Counted from the stretch's first letter, positions 28,231-39,272 are shown. The stretch: DNA of 64,000 nucleotides from Bacteroides sp. (GCA_023662825.1 JAMPIH010000005.1:72007-136006), one strand, 5' to 3'. Notes: generated by a model from the letters alone, not told the origin. Made by a program: numbers and translations.

Positions 28231-30201
28231 TTATCGTACAATCACCTTGTGGCTCTTGTTCCCGGCCTTTACGATATACAGGCCGCTGTGCCGTACCGGA
28301 ATGGCGGTGGCGTGGCCGTTGTAGAGGCATTGACCGAGCGTGTTATAAACCTGCACGTCACGGTATTCGGAAAGATGGATAACGCGGTCTCTGGCGTACA
28401 CACGGAAGCCGTCTTCTTTCCGGCTTTCGTTGCCTACATTATCCGGTTCTTTCTCGAAGTTGGCCGTCAGTTCCATATCTTCAGTCACTTCAAAGGTGTA
28501 AACCGCTTTTGTGCTGAACACGGAGCCGTCCATTTCCGTCCAGTTCACGAAGCGGTAGCCCTCGTTGGGCGTGGCGGTGATGGTTGCATTCTCGCCTTGG
28601 CTATAGGTGCCACTTCCTGCAATAGTGGCCACACCCCAGTCGGTATTGTTGCTCTGTACCGATATCGATATATTGAACCTGTCAATGATGACAAGGGTCT
28701 TTGATATTCGGACAGCCGAGAAGTAGTTGTTGTTTCCGTTTTGACTCGCCTTCACCGTTATGGTTCCTTTTTTCTGACAATCGAGAACGGCCACGTCTCC
28801 TGCATAGTAAATATCGGCTATGCCTTCCGGAGAGATTTCATATTCAACCGGAAGCCCGGAAGATGTTGAGGCGGTAAGTTCTATTTGATCATCCACATTA
28901 ACATCCCGAAAGCTTTGATTCCATGATAAAGTCTGGTTCGCTTTGGTGATGGTCAGGGTGCCGCTGTCGTAGCTGAATCGATAGTTGGTCGCCTCGCCAC
29001 CTGAAACACAGATGGGGTATTCCCCGACATCGGAAGTCTGCGTGGCTTCACACTGCACTGTCGGCAATGTATTTAGCGCCGAATAAGGGCGGTCATTGTT
29101 GACAAATCCCGAATACTCTATCTCGAATGCAGGATTTTTCGTGCCATAAGTTCGGGTATAGTCGGATACGGAAACCTGCAACAGCCGTTTGGATACGGTA
29201 AGCGTGCCGGGATGGTATTCAAAAGAATAGTTTTGCGCCTGCCCTCCGGATATTGTTATCTCATAATTTCCTACCGTCGATTGTTTATTCGCATGACTTG
29301 CGGCGACCGGCAACTGCTGTAAATCTGCTATCCCGTCATTATTCAAAAAACCCGAATACGAAAGTTCGAAAATAGGATTTTCTTCTCCGTATTCACGAGA
29401 GATGTCCTTTACCGAAACCGATAGCGTTTGCGGTTTGATTTCGTAATAGACGGCCACTTCCGCCGTATAAGTAAATCCTTCATATTCAAAGGTGATGGGG
29501 ATTAGTGCACGATGTGTACCCGCTTCTTTCTGCATTTGGGGTTCCAGCATGCTTATAATCTTACATCCCTCTACATTGCATTTCAATCCGGGAAATGCCG
29601 GTTCCTGTCCTGTATAGGCAAAAATATCCTGTTCAAATGAGAGTATCGGAACAAGCTTGCGTTGTTCCGTGTTTTCAAGTGAATAAGCCTTTATGTCAGC
29701 CACATAGAGGGTTGCCGCTTCAGAACCTTGAGACTGCCACTTTGACGGCGGTAGGAGGGAAAGATACATGATATATCGCAAACGATCACAGCCGGAAAAA
29801 ACCGAGTTGCCTAATCCTCTAAGTTTGGGAGGAAATACTACAGAAATAAGATTTCCACACCCGAGAAATGATAGGTTTTCCACTATCTCTAATGAATCAG
29901 GAAGTCTTATTTTTTTTATAGAGGAGGAGTAGGAAAAGGCACCGTGGCTACGACCACTTCCATGATCATAATATCTTAATCTGTTGACTATATAAGGAAT
30001 GCCTTCATACATAATTGAAGAAGGGATTACATACACGGAATCAGTGTAACCGGAAATACTGGCCTTAGGCGTAATGACATCTGCATGTACCCCATCATCA
30101 ATACAGTAAGTTATTTTATCAATCTGTACGACTACAGCAAAGTCCTTAGTTATGCTTGCGGCTGCAATAAAGGCAATCAGAATCAAAAAGATTTTTTTCA
30201 T
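28231..30201 (-). CDS. Cell-surface protein with BspA-type leucine-rich repeats, MBG repeats and a T9SS C-terminal sorting domain
   Basis: Signal peptide MKKIFLILIAFIAAAS; repeated YG(E/T)xNPxFE...GNYxI (MBG) modules; C-terminal Por tail; lower GC. Confidence 0.7.
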   Translation of the reverse strand: MKKIFLILIAFIAAASITKDFAVVVQIDKITYCIDDGVHADVITPKASISGYTDSVYVIPSSIMYEGIPYIVNRLRYYDHGSGRSHGAFSYSSSIKKIRLPDSLEIVENLSFLGCGNLISVVFPPKLRGLGNSVFSGCDRLRYIMYLSLLPPSKWQSQGSEAATLYVADIKAYSLENTEQRKLVPILSFEQDIFAYTGQEPAFPGLKCNVEGCKIISMLEPQMQKEAGTHRALIPITFEYEGFTYTAEVAVYYEIKPQTLSVSVKDISREYGEENPIFELSYSGFLNNDGIADLQQLPVAASHANKQSTVGNYEITISGGQAQNYSFEYHPGTLTVSKRLLQVSVSDYTRTYGTKNPAFEIEYSGFVNNDRPYSALNTLPTVQCEATQTSDVGEYPICVSGGEATNYRFSYDSGTLTITKANQTLSWNQSFRDVNVDDQIELTASTSSGLPVEYEISPEGIADIYYAGDVAVLDCQKKGTITVKASQNGNNNYFSAVRISKTLVIIDRFNISISVQSNNTDWGVATIAGSGTYSQGENATITATPNEGYRFVNWTEMDGSVFSTKAVYTFEVTEDMELTANFEKEPDNVGNESRKEDGFRVYARDRVIHLSEYRDVQVYNTLGQCLYNGHATAIPVRHSGLYIVKAGNKSHKVIVR

Positions 30202-30821
30202 TGTATTTTATTTTTAGAATTTTCATCGCAAAACGCTTCTATTTCGCAAAGCGTTTTATAGACTAACTCCAGTATTGCGTGGAGAAAATTTGCGGAGGAT
30301 ATGCTATATCCATCATAAACTTCGTCTAATCCTGATTCGCCATACTTTTCCAAACAAGCTTGAATCCGTTCTTTTCGTTCCTTGGAAAGACTCCCATGAA
30401 CGAAATAGTTGCGGAGTTCCCTAATTGATTCATTTATCAATTCTATGTCTGGATTGCAGGGGAACCCGAGGGCTAATATGGTTTTCAATGGCTTTTGGCC
30501 ACTTACACTTATGGTGCGTTCGTAAAATCTTATAATTCTGCAAAGCCCCGTTTCCCAAAAACAATAGATGGCGCAGAATATTGATTGATTGAATAATGCG
30601 TATTGACTGGTTATGTCGAGCTGCGCGTTGTATAAAGGATTACAGAGAGAACTGATTTCCTCTACATCAATCGATGCATCGTTGTTGATGGAGCCTATCT
30701 CATCTTCGAGGTTTTTGATCGCTGCGCAAATCAGGGAGGATTGTTCCTCAATGATTTGTTTATAGGCCGCATGCTCAAAATCAATCCCTGCACGTATGGA
30801 GGTGCGCCCTTTGGCTATCAT
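30198..30821 (-). CDS. Hypothetical protein with a C-terminal Rx4H motif (possible HEPN-like domain)
   Basis: AT-rich ORF; RELRNYFVH motif; stop overlaps (ATGA) the start of the surface-protein gene; the track ORF begins at TTG 30875 and the first ATG is at 30821. Confidence 0.4.
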   Translation of the reverse strand: MIAKGRTSIRAGIDFEHAAYKQIIEEQSSLICAAIKNLEDEIGSINNDASIDVEEISSLCNPLYNAQLDITSQYALFNQSIFCAIYCFWETGLCRIIRFYERTISVSGQKPLKTILALGFPCNPDIELINESIRELRNYFVHGSLSKERKERIQACLEKYGESGLDEVYDGYSISSANFLHAILELVYKTLCEIEAFCDENSKNKIQ

Positions 30822-30928
30822 TTTGTTGGTTTTTAGTGTATTTGAGTTCGTGTGTCTGGCTTCAATGTGTAGCAAATATAATTTAATTATCCGTAACTAA
30901 AAATCAATACTCTTGATTAAATGTAAGA

Positions 30929-31040
30929 TTTATATTATTATAATTTGCTGTTGCGGGGTTTGCTGACTCGTGGGCAGAGCCCGAAACCCTTGGTTTTTGC
31001 AATGCCCGTTGTGTCTTGTGGCAAATTATAATAATATAAA
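30929..31040. repeat. 20-bp perfect inverted repeat (tttatattattataatttgc / gcaaattataataatataaa) flanking a 72-bp GC-rich core
   Basis: Exact reverse complements at 30929-30948 and 31021-31040; the core carries nested short GC stems. Confidence 0.8.
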
Positions 31041-31082
31041 ACCGAGGTGATTGCAAGTTCGTTGGGGAGAGGATGAAAAATT

Positions 31083-31358
31083 TTAGAAGATATCGGAATG
31101 GGTTCCGGTGGTAATCAGCAATAACGTTAGGCGGTTATCGTCTTGCTCCCAGACAAGAAGCCAATCGGAAGAGATATGGCACTCCCAATAACCGGAATAT
31201 CTGCCGGATAATTTGTGCGGACGATATGCAGGAGGTAGTTTCCCGTTTTCGGAAAGAATACGGACAGCGGTCTTTAGAAGAGATACATCAAGTCCACGTT
31301 TAATGCATTTAGCGAGGGCTTTTTCGACATGGTTCGTGGTGTTGACTATGTAGCTCAT
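31083..31358 (-). CDS. yafQ: Type II TA toxin, YafQ/RelE family mRNA interferase
   Basis: 91 aa; C-terminus ...LLLITTGTHSDIF is typical of YafQ. Confidence 0.8.
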   Translation of the reverse strand: MSYIVNTTNHVEKALAKCIKRGLDVSLLKTAVRILSENGKLPPAYRPHKLSGRYSGYWECHISSDWLLVWEQDDNRLTLLLITTGTHSDIF

Positions 31359-31555
31359 AGTCCGAACTTGTTAAAGAGGGCATCAACGCTTTCGTAGCGG
31401 TTTACACGGCCTTCTTTCGCATCGTTTATGGCATCGTCCAGGCCGGTTCGCCTCAGGTTTTGCCGTTCGATAGACACCCCCTTTATCGAAGCCAGGACTT
31501 TGCGGAGGCTGGGGAGGATTTTGGGATCCTCGATATTTAAGACCAATTGATTCAT
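31355..31555 (-). CDS. Putative DinJ/RelB-like antitoxin
   Basis: Small ORF whose stop overlaps (ATGA) the yafQ start; DinJ-like C-terminus (...ESVDALFNKFGL); the track ORF starts at GTG 31618 and the ATG is at 31555. Confidence 0.6.
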   Translation of the reverse strand: MNQLVLNIEDPKILPSLRKVLASIKGVSIERQNLRRTGLDDAINDAKEGRVNRYESVDALFNKFGL

Positions 31556-31659
31556 AGCCAAAGATACGAAATATTCCCCACATTTGCGCAATCCCGTGCG
31601 AACCCTTACCTTTGTCACTTACGGCATAAAACGCTGTTAGACTTTCATACGGGTAATAC

Positions 31660-34047
31660 GTGAATCACTGCTTCCGACATCGTTTCCGCGAGATACTGCG
31701 CATATTGATATGCGTTGCTGTTCTGTGTGCTCATGGGCGTATATACGCCCAGACCGCCTACCTGCTTTCGGGCAGGATTCAGGACAAGAAGACTTCGCAG
31801 ACCATGCCCGACGCCGCCATTTGGGTTGAACCCGCGGGCAAGGGCACCACTTCCGATATCGACGGCCGCTATCAGCTCAGGCTTCCCCCCGGCACCTATA
31901 CCGTTAAGGTGAGCAGCTTAGGCTACGGCACCATCACTCGCAGCATCGAGGTCAAATCCAAGAACCTTACCGAGAACTTCTATCTCGAGGCCGATGCCGT
32001 GCAGCTCGAAGGCGTGGAGATCCGGGGCAGCCGCGCGCAACAGGCCGCGCGCAACACTATCGGCATGAACACCTTTACCTCCGAGATGGTGCAGCGCATT
32101 CCGGCCCTCTTGGGCGAGGCCGACATCATCAAGGCGGTGCAGATGCTGCCCGGCGTGCTCATGGCCTCCGAGAGCAGCTCCGGATTCAGCGTGCGCGGCG
32201 GCGGGCTCGACCAGAACGCCATCCTGCTCGACCGCACCCTGATCTACAATCCCACCCATACCTGTGGATTCTTTTCGGTCTTCAACAACGATGTGATCGG
32301 CGGCGCGGAAATCTACAAGGGCGACATCCCCATCGCCTATGGCGGCCGGCTGTCGTCGGTGGTGGACGTTTCCATGCGCGACGGCAACTTCAACGACTAC
32401 CACTTGGAGGGCGGGGTGGGGTTGCTGCTGGCCAAGCTCACCGTGGACGGCCCCATCTGGAAAGACCACACTTCCTTTCTCGTGTCGGGGCGCACCACCT
32501 ACTTCGATATGTTCCTGCCCCTGGTGGGCATGAAGGGCACCAAATTAGGTTTCTACGACCTGAACGCCCGCATCGTGCATAAGTTCGACAACAATAAGGA
32601 CAAGATCTCGCTGTCGGGCTATATGGGGCGCGACCGCTTCGGCATGCGTTCCGACGGCGACACCAAGACCGGGCTCAATTTCGGCAACAAGATGCTCGCG
32701 CTCACCTACACGCACCTTTTCTCGAACCGCCTGGCACTGAACACCACGGTAAACGTAAGCGACTATATCAGCGATGTGGCCATGGTCGCCGACGGCTACG
32801 ACTTCTCTTGGAAAAGCCGCATCACCGACGTGGGCGGGCAGATCGACGGCGTGTTCACGCCCGAGAACCACGACCTCCGCTTCGGCTTCCAGATAAAGTA
32901 CCATACCTGCCAGCCCGGCGAGATGAAGCTGCACATGAGCGAGAGCATGGGATTCCTCGATTCGGCGCGCCGCATGACCTTCAACCAGGACAAGATGCAC
33001 AGCCTCGAGAGCGCCCTCTACGCCGGCAACAGCCAGACCATCGGCAAGCACCTCTCCATCAAGTACGGCCTGCGGTTCAGCACTTTCTCCAACCAGGGCA
33101 AGGACTCGGTGTCCCGCTTCGACAAAGACTATCAGCGCATCGACCGCGTGTACGAAGGCGAGCGCGATTTCTACCATACATGGTACGGCTTCGAGCCCCG
33201 CGTGGGCATCGCCTGGCTGTTCCGGCACAACATCAGCCTCAAGTTCAACTACACCCGCACCGTACAGTACCTGCAATTGGCCACCAATTCCAATTCGGGC
33301 AACCCCATGGACATCTGGTTCCCCGCCAATCCGTTCGTAAGGCCGCAGACCGCCGATATGCTGGCCCTGGGCCTCAGTGCCGACTGGGGCAAGGACGGGC
33401 AGTGGTCGGCCTCCGTGGAAGGCTACTACAAGTTCATGCACCACGTCATCGACTTCAAGGACCATTCCAATGTGCTGCTCAACAGCGACCTCTACGGCGA
33501 GCTGCGCATGGGCAGGGGCTGGGCCTACGGTGTGGAGGTCTATGTGCAGCGCAAGAAAGGCATGGTGTATGGCTCGCTCAGCTATACCTATTCGCGTTCC
33601 ATGCGCGTCATCGACCAGGTGAACGACGGCAAGCCCTATCCCTCGCCCCAGGACAGGCCGCACGCCGTGAACCTGCTGCTCAACATCGACCCGCATCCGC
33701 GTCACTCCCTCTCGTTCAACTGGGTGTTCTACTCGGGGCAGCCCGCCACCTATCCGGTAGGCAAGGCCGTGATCGACGGCCAGTTCGTGCCTGTCTATGG
33801 CAGGCGCAACTCCGACCGTTTCGAAGATTACCACCGCCTCGATGTGTCCTACACCTTCAAGTCTAAGCCCAATACGGGCAAGCGCTTCAGCTGGAGCCTC
33901 TCGGCGGGGCTTTACAATGCCTACGCCCGCAAGAACCCCTGGACGGTGTCGTTCAAGCAAGACAGGGACAATCCCAATATCGCCTACGCCGAGAAGATCT
34001 ACCTTTTCTCGGCGGTGCCTTTCGTCTCGTTCAACTTCAAATGGTAA
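31660..34047 (+). CDS. TonB-dependent receptor with an N-terminal carboxypeptidase-regulatory-like domain
   Basis: CarbopepD_reg-like region (YLLSGRIQD...PDAAIW), plug and barrel; no in-frame ATG near the 5' end (GTG 31660 or TTG ~31705). Confidence 0.8.
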   Translation: MNHCFRHRFREILRILICVAVLCAHGRIYAQTAYLLSGRIQDKKTSQTMPDAAIWVEPAGKGTTSDIDGRYQLRLPPGTYTVKVSSLGYGTITRSIEVKSKNLTENFYLEADAVQLEGVEIRGSRAQQAARNTIGMNTFTSEMVQRIPALLGEADIIKAVQMLPGVLMASESSSGFSVRGGGLDQNAILLDRTLIYNPTHTCGFFSVFNNDVIGGAEIYKGDIPIAYGGRLSSVVDVSMRDGNFNDYHLEGGVGLLLAKLTVDGPIWKDHTSFLVSGRTTYFDMFLPLVGMKGTKLGFYDLNARIVHKFDNNKDKISLSGYMGRDRFGMRSDGDTKTGLNFGNKMLALTYTHLFSNRLALNTTVNVSDYISDVAMVADGYDFSWKSRITDVGGQIDGVFTPENHDLRFGFQIKYHTCQPGEMKLHMSESMGFLDSARRMTFNQDKMHSLESALYAGNSQTIGKHLSIKYGLRFSTFSNQGKDSVSRFDKDYQRIDRVYEGERDFYHTWYGFEPRVGIAWLFRHNISLKFNYTRTVQYLQLATNSNSGNPMDIWFPANPFVRPQTADMLALGLSADWGKDGQWSASVEGYYKFMHHVIDFKDHSNVLLNSDLYGELRMGRGWAYGVEVYVQRKKGMVYGSLSYTYSRSMRVIDQVNDGKPYPSPQDRPHAVNLLLNIDPHPRHSLSFNWVFYSGQPATYPVGKAVIDGQFVPVYGRRNSDRFEDYHRLDVSYTFKSKPNTGKRFSWSLSAGLYNAYARKNPWTVSFKQDRDNPNIAYAEKIYLFSAVPFVSFNFKW

Positions 34048-34982
34048 GGAAAATGGCAAGGAACAGGCTTCTCAACATATTTTTCGCACTCATCCTGCTG
34101 TGGCTGCTTCCGGGCTGCCGCGAGAAGATAGACATCAAGCTCTCTTCTTCGGCCGTGCGCCTCGTGGTGGATGCCCGCTTCACCAACGACACCACTTCCC
34201 ATATAGTTAAGTTGAGCCGTACCTGCGATTATTTCGACCCGGAAATCGACGGCATAGGCGTTTCCGGAGCCGAGGTCTATATCACAGACGAACGCGGCAG
34301 GCGCATCGATTTCACGCCCGTCGATACAATGCCTTCCTGGTATGTCTCTGCACCGGACGTGTACGGCAGTATGGGCGAGACCTATCAATTGCATATTTGG
34401 GCCGACCTGCACGGTACCGGCATGCGCGAGCATTACGAAGCGCAGGCCACCATGCCCTTCATGCCGCCCATCGACTCGGCCAAGGCGGTCTATGGATATC
34501 CGCTGCCTCCGTTCGGCTATGGAAAGTATCTGGGCTGGAACCTGCTGGCCTACGCCCAGGACCCGCCCACCAAAGAGTATTACGGATTCAGCTATGCCGT
34601 GAACGGAAAGGTCTATGAAGACAGCATCACCAATATGTTCCTCTTTCCCGACAATTTTTCGGCGGGTCTGTATCTGCACGGGGTGTCGATGTATTTCTTT
34701 CCCGACCCCACCGACGAGATCCGCGACCTCTTGAAAGTGATCCTTCATGAAGGGGATACGCTTACCCTGATAGGCTACAGCTTTACCGAAGGCTACAACG
34801 ATTATATCAGCCAGGTGCGCGAAGCCCTGTCGTCCAATATCCCCGTTTTCAGCGCCGCCCCGTCGAACATAGTGGGTAATGTAAGCAAGGGCGCATTTGG
34901 TTATTTCGCCGTCTATTCGTTGGCGAAAGCCTCCTGCACGGTGGGTAAAGCGCCGGAGATCCCCGGTTTACAACTTCGTTAG
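34041..34982 (+). CDS. DUF4249 family lipoprotein (partner of the upstream TonB-dependent receptor)
   Basis: Lipoprotein signal ...LLWLLPGC; ATGGTAA overlap with the receptor stop; this pairing is common in Bacteroidetes. Confidence 0.6.
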   Translation: MVRKMARNRLLNIFFALILLWLLPGCREKIDIKLSSSAVRLVVDARFTNDTTSHIVKLSRTCDYFDPEIDGIGVSGAEVYITDERGRRIDFTPVDTMPSWYVSAPDVYGSMGETYQLHIWADLHGTGMREHYEAQATMPFMPPIDSAKAVYGYPLPPFGYGKYLGWNLLAYAQDPPTKEYYGFSYAVNGKVYEDSITNMFLFPDNFSAGLYLHGVSMYFFPDPTDEIRDLLKVILHEGDTLTLIGYSFTEGYNDYISQVREALSSNIPVFSAAPSNIVGNVSKGAFGYFAVYSLAKASCTVGKAPEIPGLQLR

Positions 34983-34995
34983 GGGAGGAGTCGGA

Positions 34996-37308
34996 TCAGA
35001 ACCAATAGCCGATGTGCAGGAATACGTTGAAGCTGTTGACGTTGGAAGTCTGGAAACTCAATCCCACCGGACCGATGGGCGTGTTGTAAGACAATCCGAT
35101 GTTTCCGCCGTAGATCAGGCGGTCGTAGTGGCGTATAAAGTCGTTCAGTTCATAATCGGCCTTCCCGATACCGCCACGCAGGCTGAAATAGAGGTTCTTG
35201 ATAATCATTACCTGGGCTGTGAGCCGCAGGTTCACCAGTTGATAGCCGCTCGACTGCCCCAGGAGCACGCCCGGCATCATGGTGGTGTACATGGAACTCA
35301 AATCCGCGCAGCCGCCCTGAAAGAACTGGTGCTGTATGGGTACGATGGCATGGTTCTTCACGGGGGTCAGCCCGATGGTGAAGCCGGGGTAGAACGTGAT
35401 CCGCTTGCCGGCGGGAATGGCGAAATCCCCTTTCCAATAAACGCTCAGGAAAAAGTCGGACGCCTTTCGGCCGTCGCCTCTGTCGTTCTTCCCTAAGAGT
35501 ATGGGAAAAGACGCGTCCAAGGTCATCTTGAAACCTTTGTTCGGGTAGAATTTCTTGTCGAAATTGTCGTGCCGGTAGTAAAAGTAGGGATAAACGTGAT
35601 GGTTGTTGTAGATGTCGTGCCGGTTTATGGAGTCCGTGTTGGAGATCCGTATTTTGTTGTTGGAGAACTCGTAGGCGAATCCAACACCTAATACATTGGT
35701 TCGCCATGAGGATTGCCCGTAAATCTTGGCCTTGTAACGGTTGGCGGTCATGTCGGAGGTGCGCCGTTTACTGTTTTCGGGGTTGCGGTACAGGTAGGAG
35801 TGAAAGTTGAAGTAATCCAGGCCGACCCCCAGTGTGGGTACCCAGAAAGAATACTTGGCTTTTTTGCGTTGCCATTGGGGCGTGAACCGGAAATTGGCCG
35901 AAATGACAGGCATTTTGGACAGTTCGATATCCAACGTCACCACGGAATTCTTTACGCCGAAATTCTGCAATTCCACGCCCGCCAGCAAACCGGCCATGCG
36001 GATATTGTCGTAGCGAACGCCCACCTTGAATGAATTGGACGGTGATTCTTCCAGATGGAGTACCAATACCGTAGCATCCGGATCGGTTTCATCCGCTTTG
36101 AATTCGTAGGAAACGGTGCTGAACTTTCTCGCCCCGTACAGACGGTCCACCCCCTTGGTGATGTTGGAAAGTTTCACGTTCTTGCCTGTCTCGATCTGCA
36201 GGAATTGGTTTACGTAGGAACGGTTGAACGTTTTCAGTCCGTTGTATTCGATACGCGATACATACACTTCATCGGGCGGCAGGTAGGGGCGTTTTTCCTT
36301 GGGGGGATCCGGCCGATAGCGCGCCACGGTGTCGGCGACCCATTGCAAGCGGGCGTAGATAAGCGAATCGCGCGCGGCTGCTTCCCCGCGGGCCAGAATG
36401 GAGTCCGTCTTGTTGAACGATGCCGTGCTCAGCCCCGTCATGTCCGGTTTGATGAATACGTTGCACATGGCGCGGTTGTTCATCACGCGCGTTTTGGACC
36501 CCATGAATATCACCTCTTCCAGCACGTCCATAAAACTGCTTACATGTTCCACGCCGGCATATGAAAAGCCCACATCCACCCCGATGATGATATCCGCCAC
36601 GTTTTTCTCCTTCATTTTATCCACGGGGAAATTGTTGAGAACCCCGCCGTCCACCAGAACCATCGAATCGATTTTTACAGGCGTGAACACGCTGGGAATG
36701 GCCATTGAGGCGCGCATGGCCAAAGCCAGGTTGCCGCTGTCGAGGTAGGCCGGCTGACCGTTGGCGATGTTGGCCGCCACGCAGAAAAAGGGAATGTTGA
36801 AGTCTTCGAAATTCTTATATCGGTAAGACCGGGAAGTGAGTGTATAGAAAAGATTCTCGACATGCTGCCCTTTGAGCAGGCCTACCGGAGCGAAGTTCGT
36901 TTTTTCCTCTTTCGATTTCCAGGCCCAAGGCAGGTTCAGGAAGTAGGCGTCCTTGTTCACGTAAAACACGTCGCGCCAGTCGGGGGCGTCACTCAGCAGC
37001 TGTCCCCAGTCCGTCGAGCGCAGGATCGAATCCAGTTCGTGTGCCGTGTAACCATAGGCGTACAAACCTCCGATAATCGAGCCCATGCTGGTTCCGGCAA
37101 TGTAGTCGATGGGAATGTTCAGTTCTTCCAGCACCTTGAGCACACCCACGTGAGCCATACCCTTGGCTCCGCCGCCGCTCAAGACCACGCCCACGCGCGG
37201 CCGTTTCCCCTCCAACGGCGGCAATGTGTCGGTGTCCTGTGCCGGTAACGATGGCGTAAGAGCCAATAGGAGAGTAATAAACAGCAGTGTGTGGAAAACT
37301 TTTCTCAT
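34996..37308 (-). CDS. Patatin-like phospholipase fused to an Omp85/BamA-type outer-membrane beta-barrel
   Basis: GxSxG lipase motif (GTSMGS) within GVVLSGGGAKGMAHVGV...; C-terminal ...HIGYWF barrel; ATG at 37308. Confidence 0.75.
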   Translation of the reverse strand: MRKVFHTLLFITLLLALTPSLPAQDTDTLPPLEGKRPRVGVVLSGGGAKGMAHVGVLKVLEELNIPIDYIAGTSMGSIIGGLYAYGYTAHELDSILRSTDWGQLLSDAPDWRDVFYVNKDAYFLNLPWAWKSKEEKTNFAPVGLLKGQHVENLFYTLTSRSYRYKNFEDFNIPFFCVAANIANGQPAYLDSGNLALAMRASMAIPSVFTPVKIDSMVLVDGGVLNNFPVDKMKEKNVADIIIGVDVGFSYAGVEHVSSFMDVLEEVIFMGSKTRVMNNRAMCNVFIKPDMTGLSTASFNKTDSILARGEAAARDSLIYARLQWVADTVARYRPDPPKEKRPYLPPDEVYVSRIEYNGLKTFNRSYVNQFLQIETGKNVKLSNITKGVDRLYGARKFSTVSYEFKADETDPDATVLVLHLEESPSNSFKVGVRYDNIRMAGLLAGVELQNFGVKNSVVTLDIELSKMPVISANFRFTPQWQRKKAKYSFWVPTLGVGLDYFNFHSYLYRNPENSKRRTSDMTANRYKAKIYGQSSWRTNVLGVGFAYEFSNNKIRISNTDSINRHDIYNNHHVYPYFYYRHDNFDKKFYPNKGFKMTLDASFPILLGKNDRGDGRKASDFFLSVYWKGDFAIPAGKRITFYPGFTIGLTPVKNHAIVPIQHQFFQGGCADLSSMYTTMMPGVLLGQSSGYQLVNLRLTAQVMIIKNLYFSLRGGIGKADYELNDFIRHYDRLIYGGNIGLSYNTPIGPVGLSFQTSNVNSFNVFLHIGYWF

Positions 37309-37419
37309 CGGGACAAATGTAGGAAAAAGCGCCCGATATAAAAAGAGGTTGCCCGACCACGCGCAAGCGTTTACAGGCAACCTCCTTACCGAGGGCGGAA
37401 CAAGTCCGCGGAATTCAGA

Positions 37420-38727
<1,308 letters not shown>

Positions 38728-38903
38728 TCATAAACAATCCTTTCCAAACCCCACAGGGGAGTCTTTCGAGGGGCACAAAGGTACGAAGAATTTTTATGCA
38801 AAAGTTATCGGTTTCGCGTTCTCTCCGATACGTTAAAAAGTGTTAAAAATTAAGAGAAGAAAGCGCATCTTGTTATCTTTGCCGAAAGAGGGGGATAAAC
38901 GAT

Positions 38904-39272
38904 ATGGCGAAGCAGCTCGAAATCAGAAACAGTACGGCGGAATTCCTTATTTTTCAGATAGAAGGCAAGGAAAACGGTGTGCAGGTGGTGTATAAAGACG
39001 GCACGATATGGGTTACCCAGAAGGCGATGGCACAATTGTTCGAAGTGGGGATTCCCGCTATCAGCAAGCATTTGAAAAATATATTTGAAAGCGGAGAGTT
39101 GCAGGAATCTTCAGTTGTTTCCAAAATGGAAATAACTGCCACCGATGGAAAAGTGTATGACACCACTTTCTACGCCCTCGATGCTATCATCGCGGTAGGG
39201 TATCGGCTCAATTCCCTTCGCGCCACCCAATTCCGGCAATGGTGTACCCAGGTTCTGCGCCAATTTGGATAG
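38904..39272 (+). pseudogene. Truncated RhuM-family (virulence protein RhuM-like) gene, N-terminal ~120 codons only
   Basis: Matches the RhuM N-terminus (LTQKAMAQLFEV...GYRLNSLRATQFRQW) but stops where full-length homologs continue for ~200 aa; TAtcTTTG -7 box at 38874-38881. Confidence 0.5.

Noticed and set aside
30929-31040. Bacteroides-style invertible promoter (phase-variation switch) for the 20-bp inverted repeat element
   Set aside because: The 72-bp core lacks a TAnnTTTG/TTTG promoter motif on either strand and no recombinase gene is nearby; kept as a generic structured element instead.
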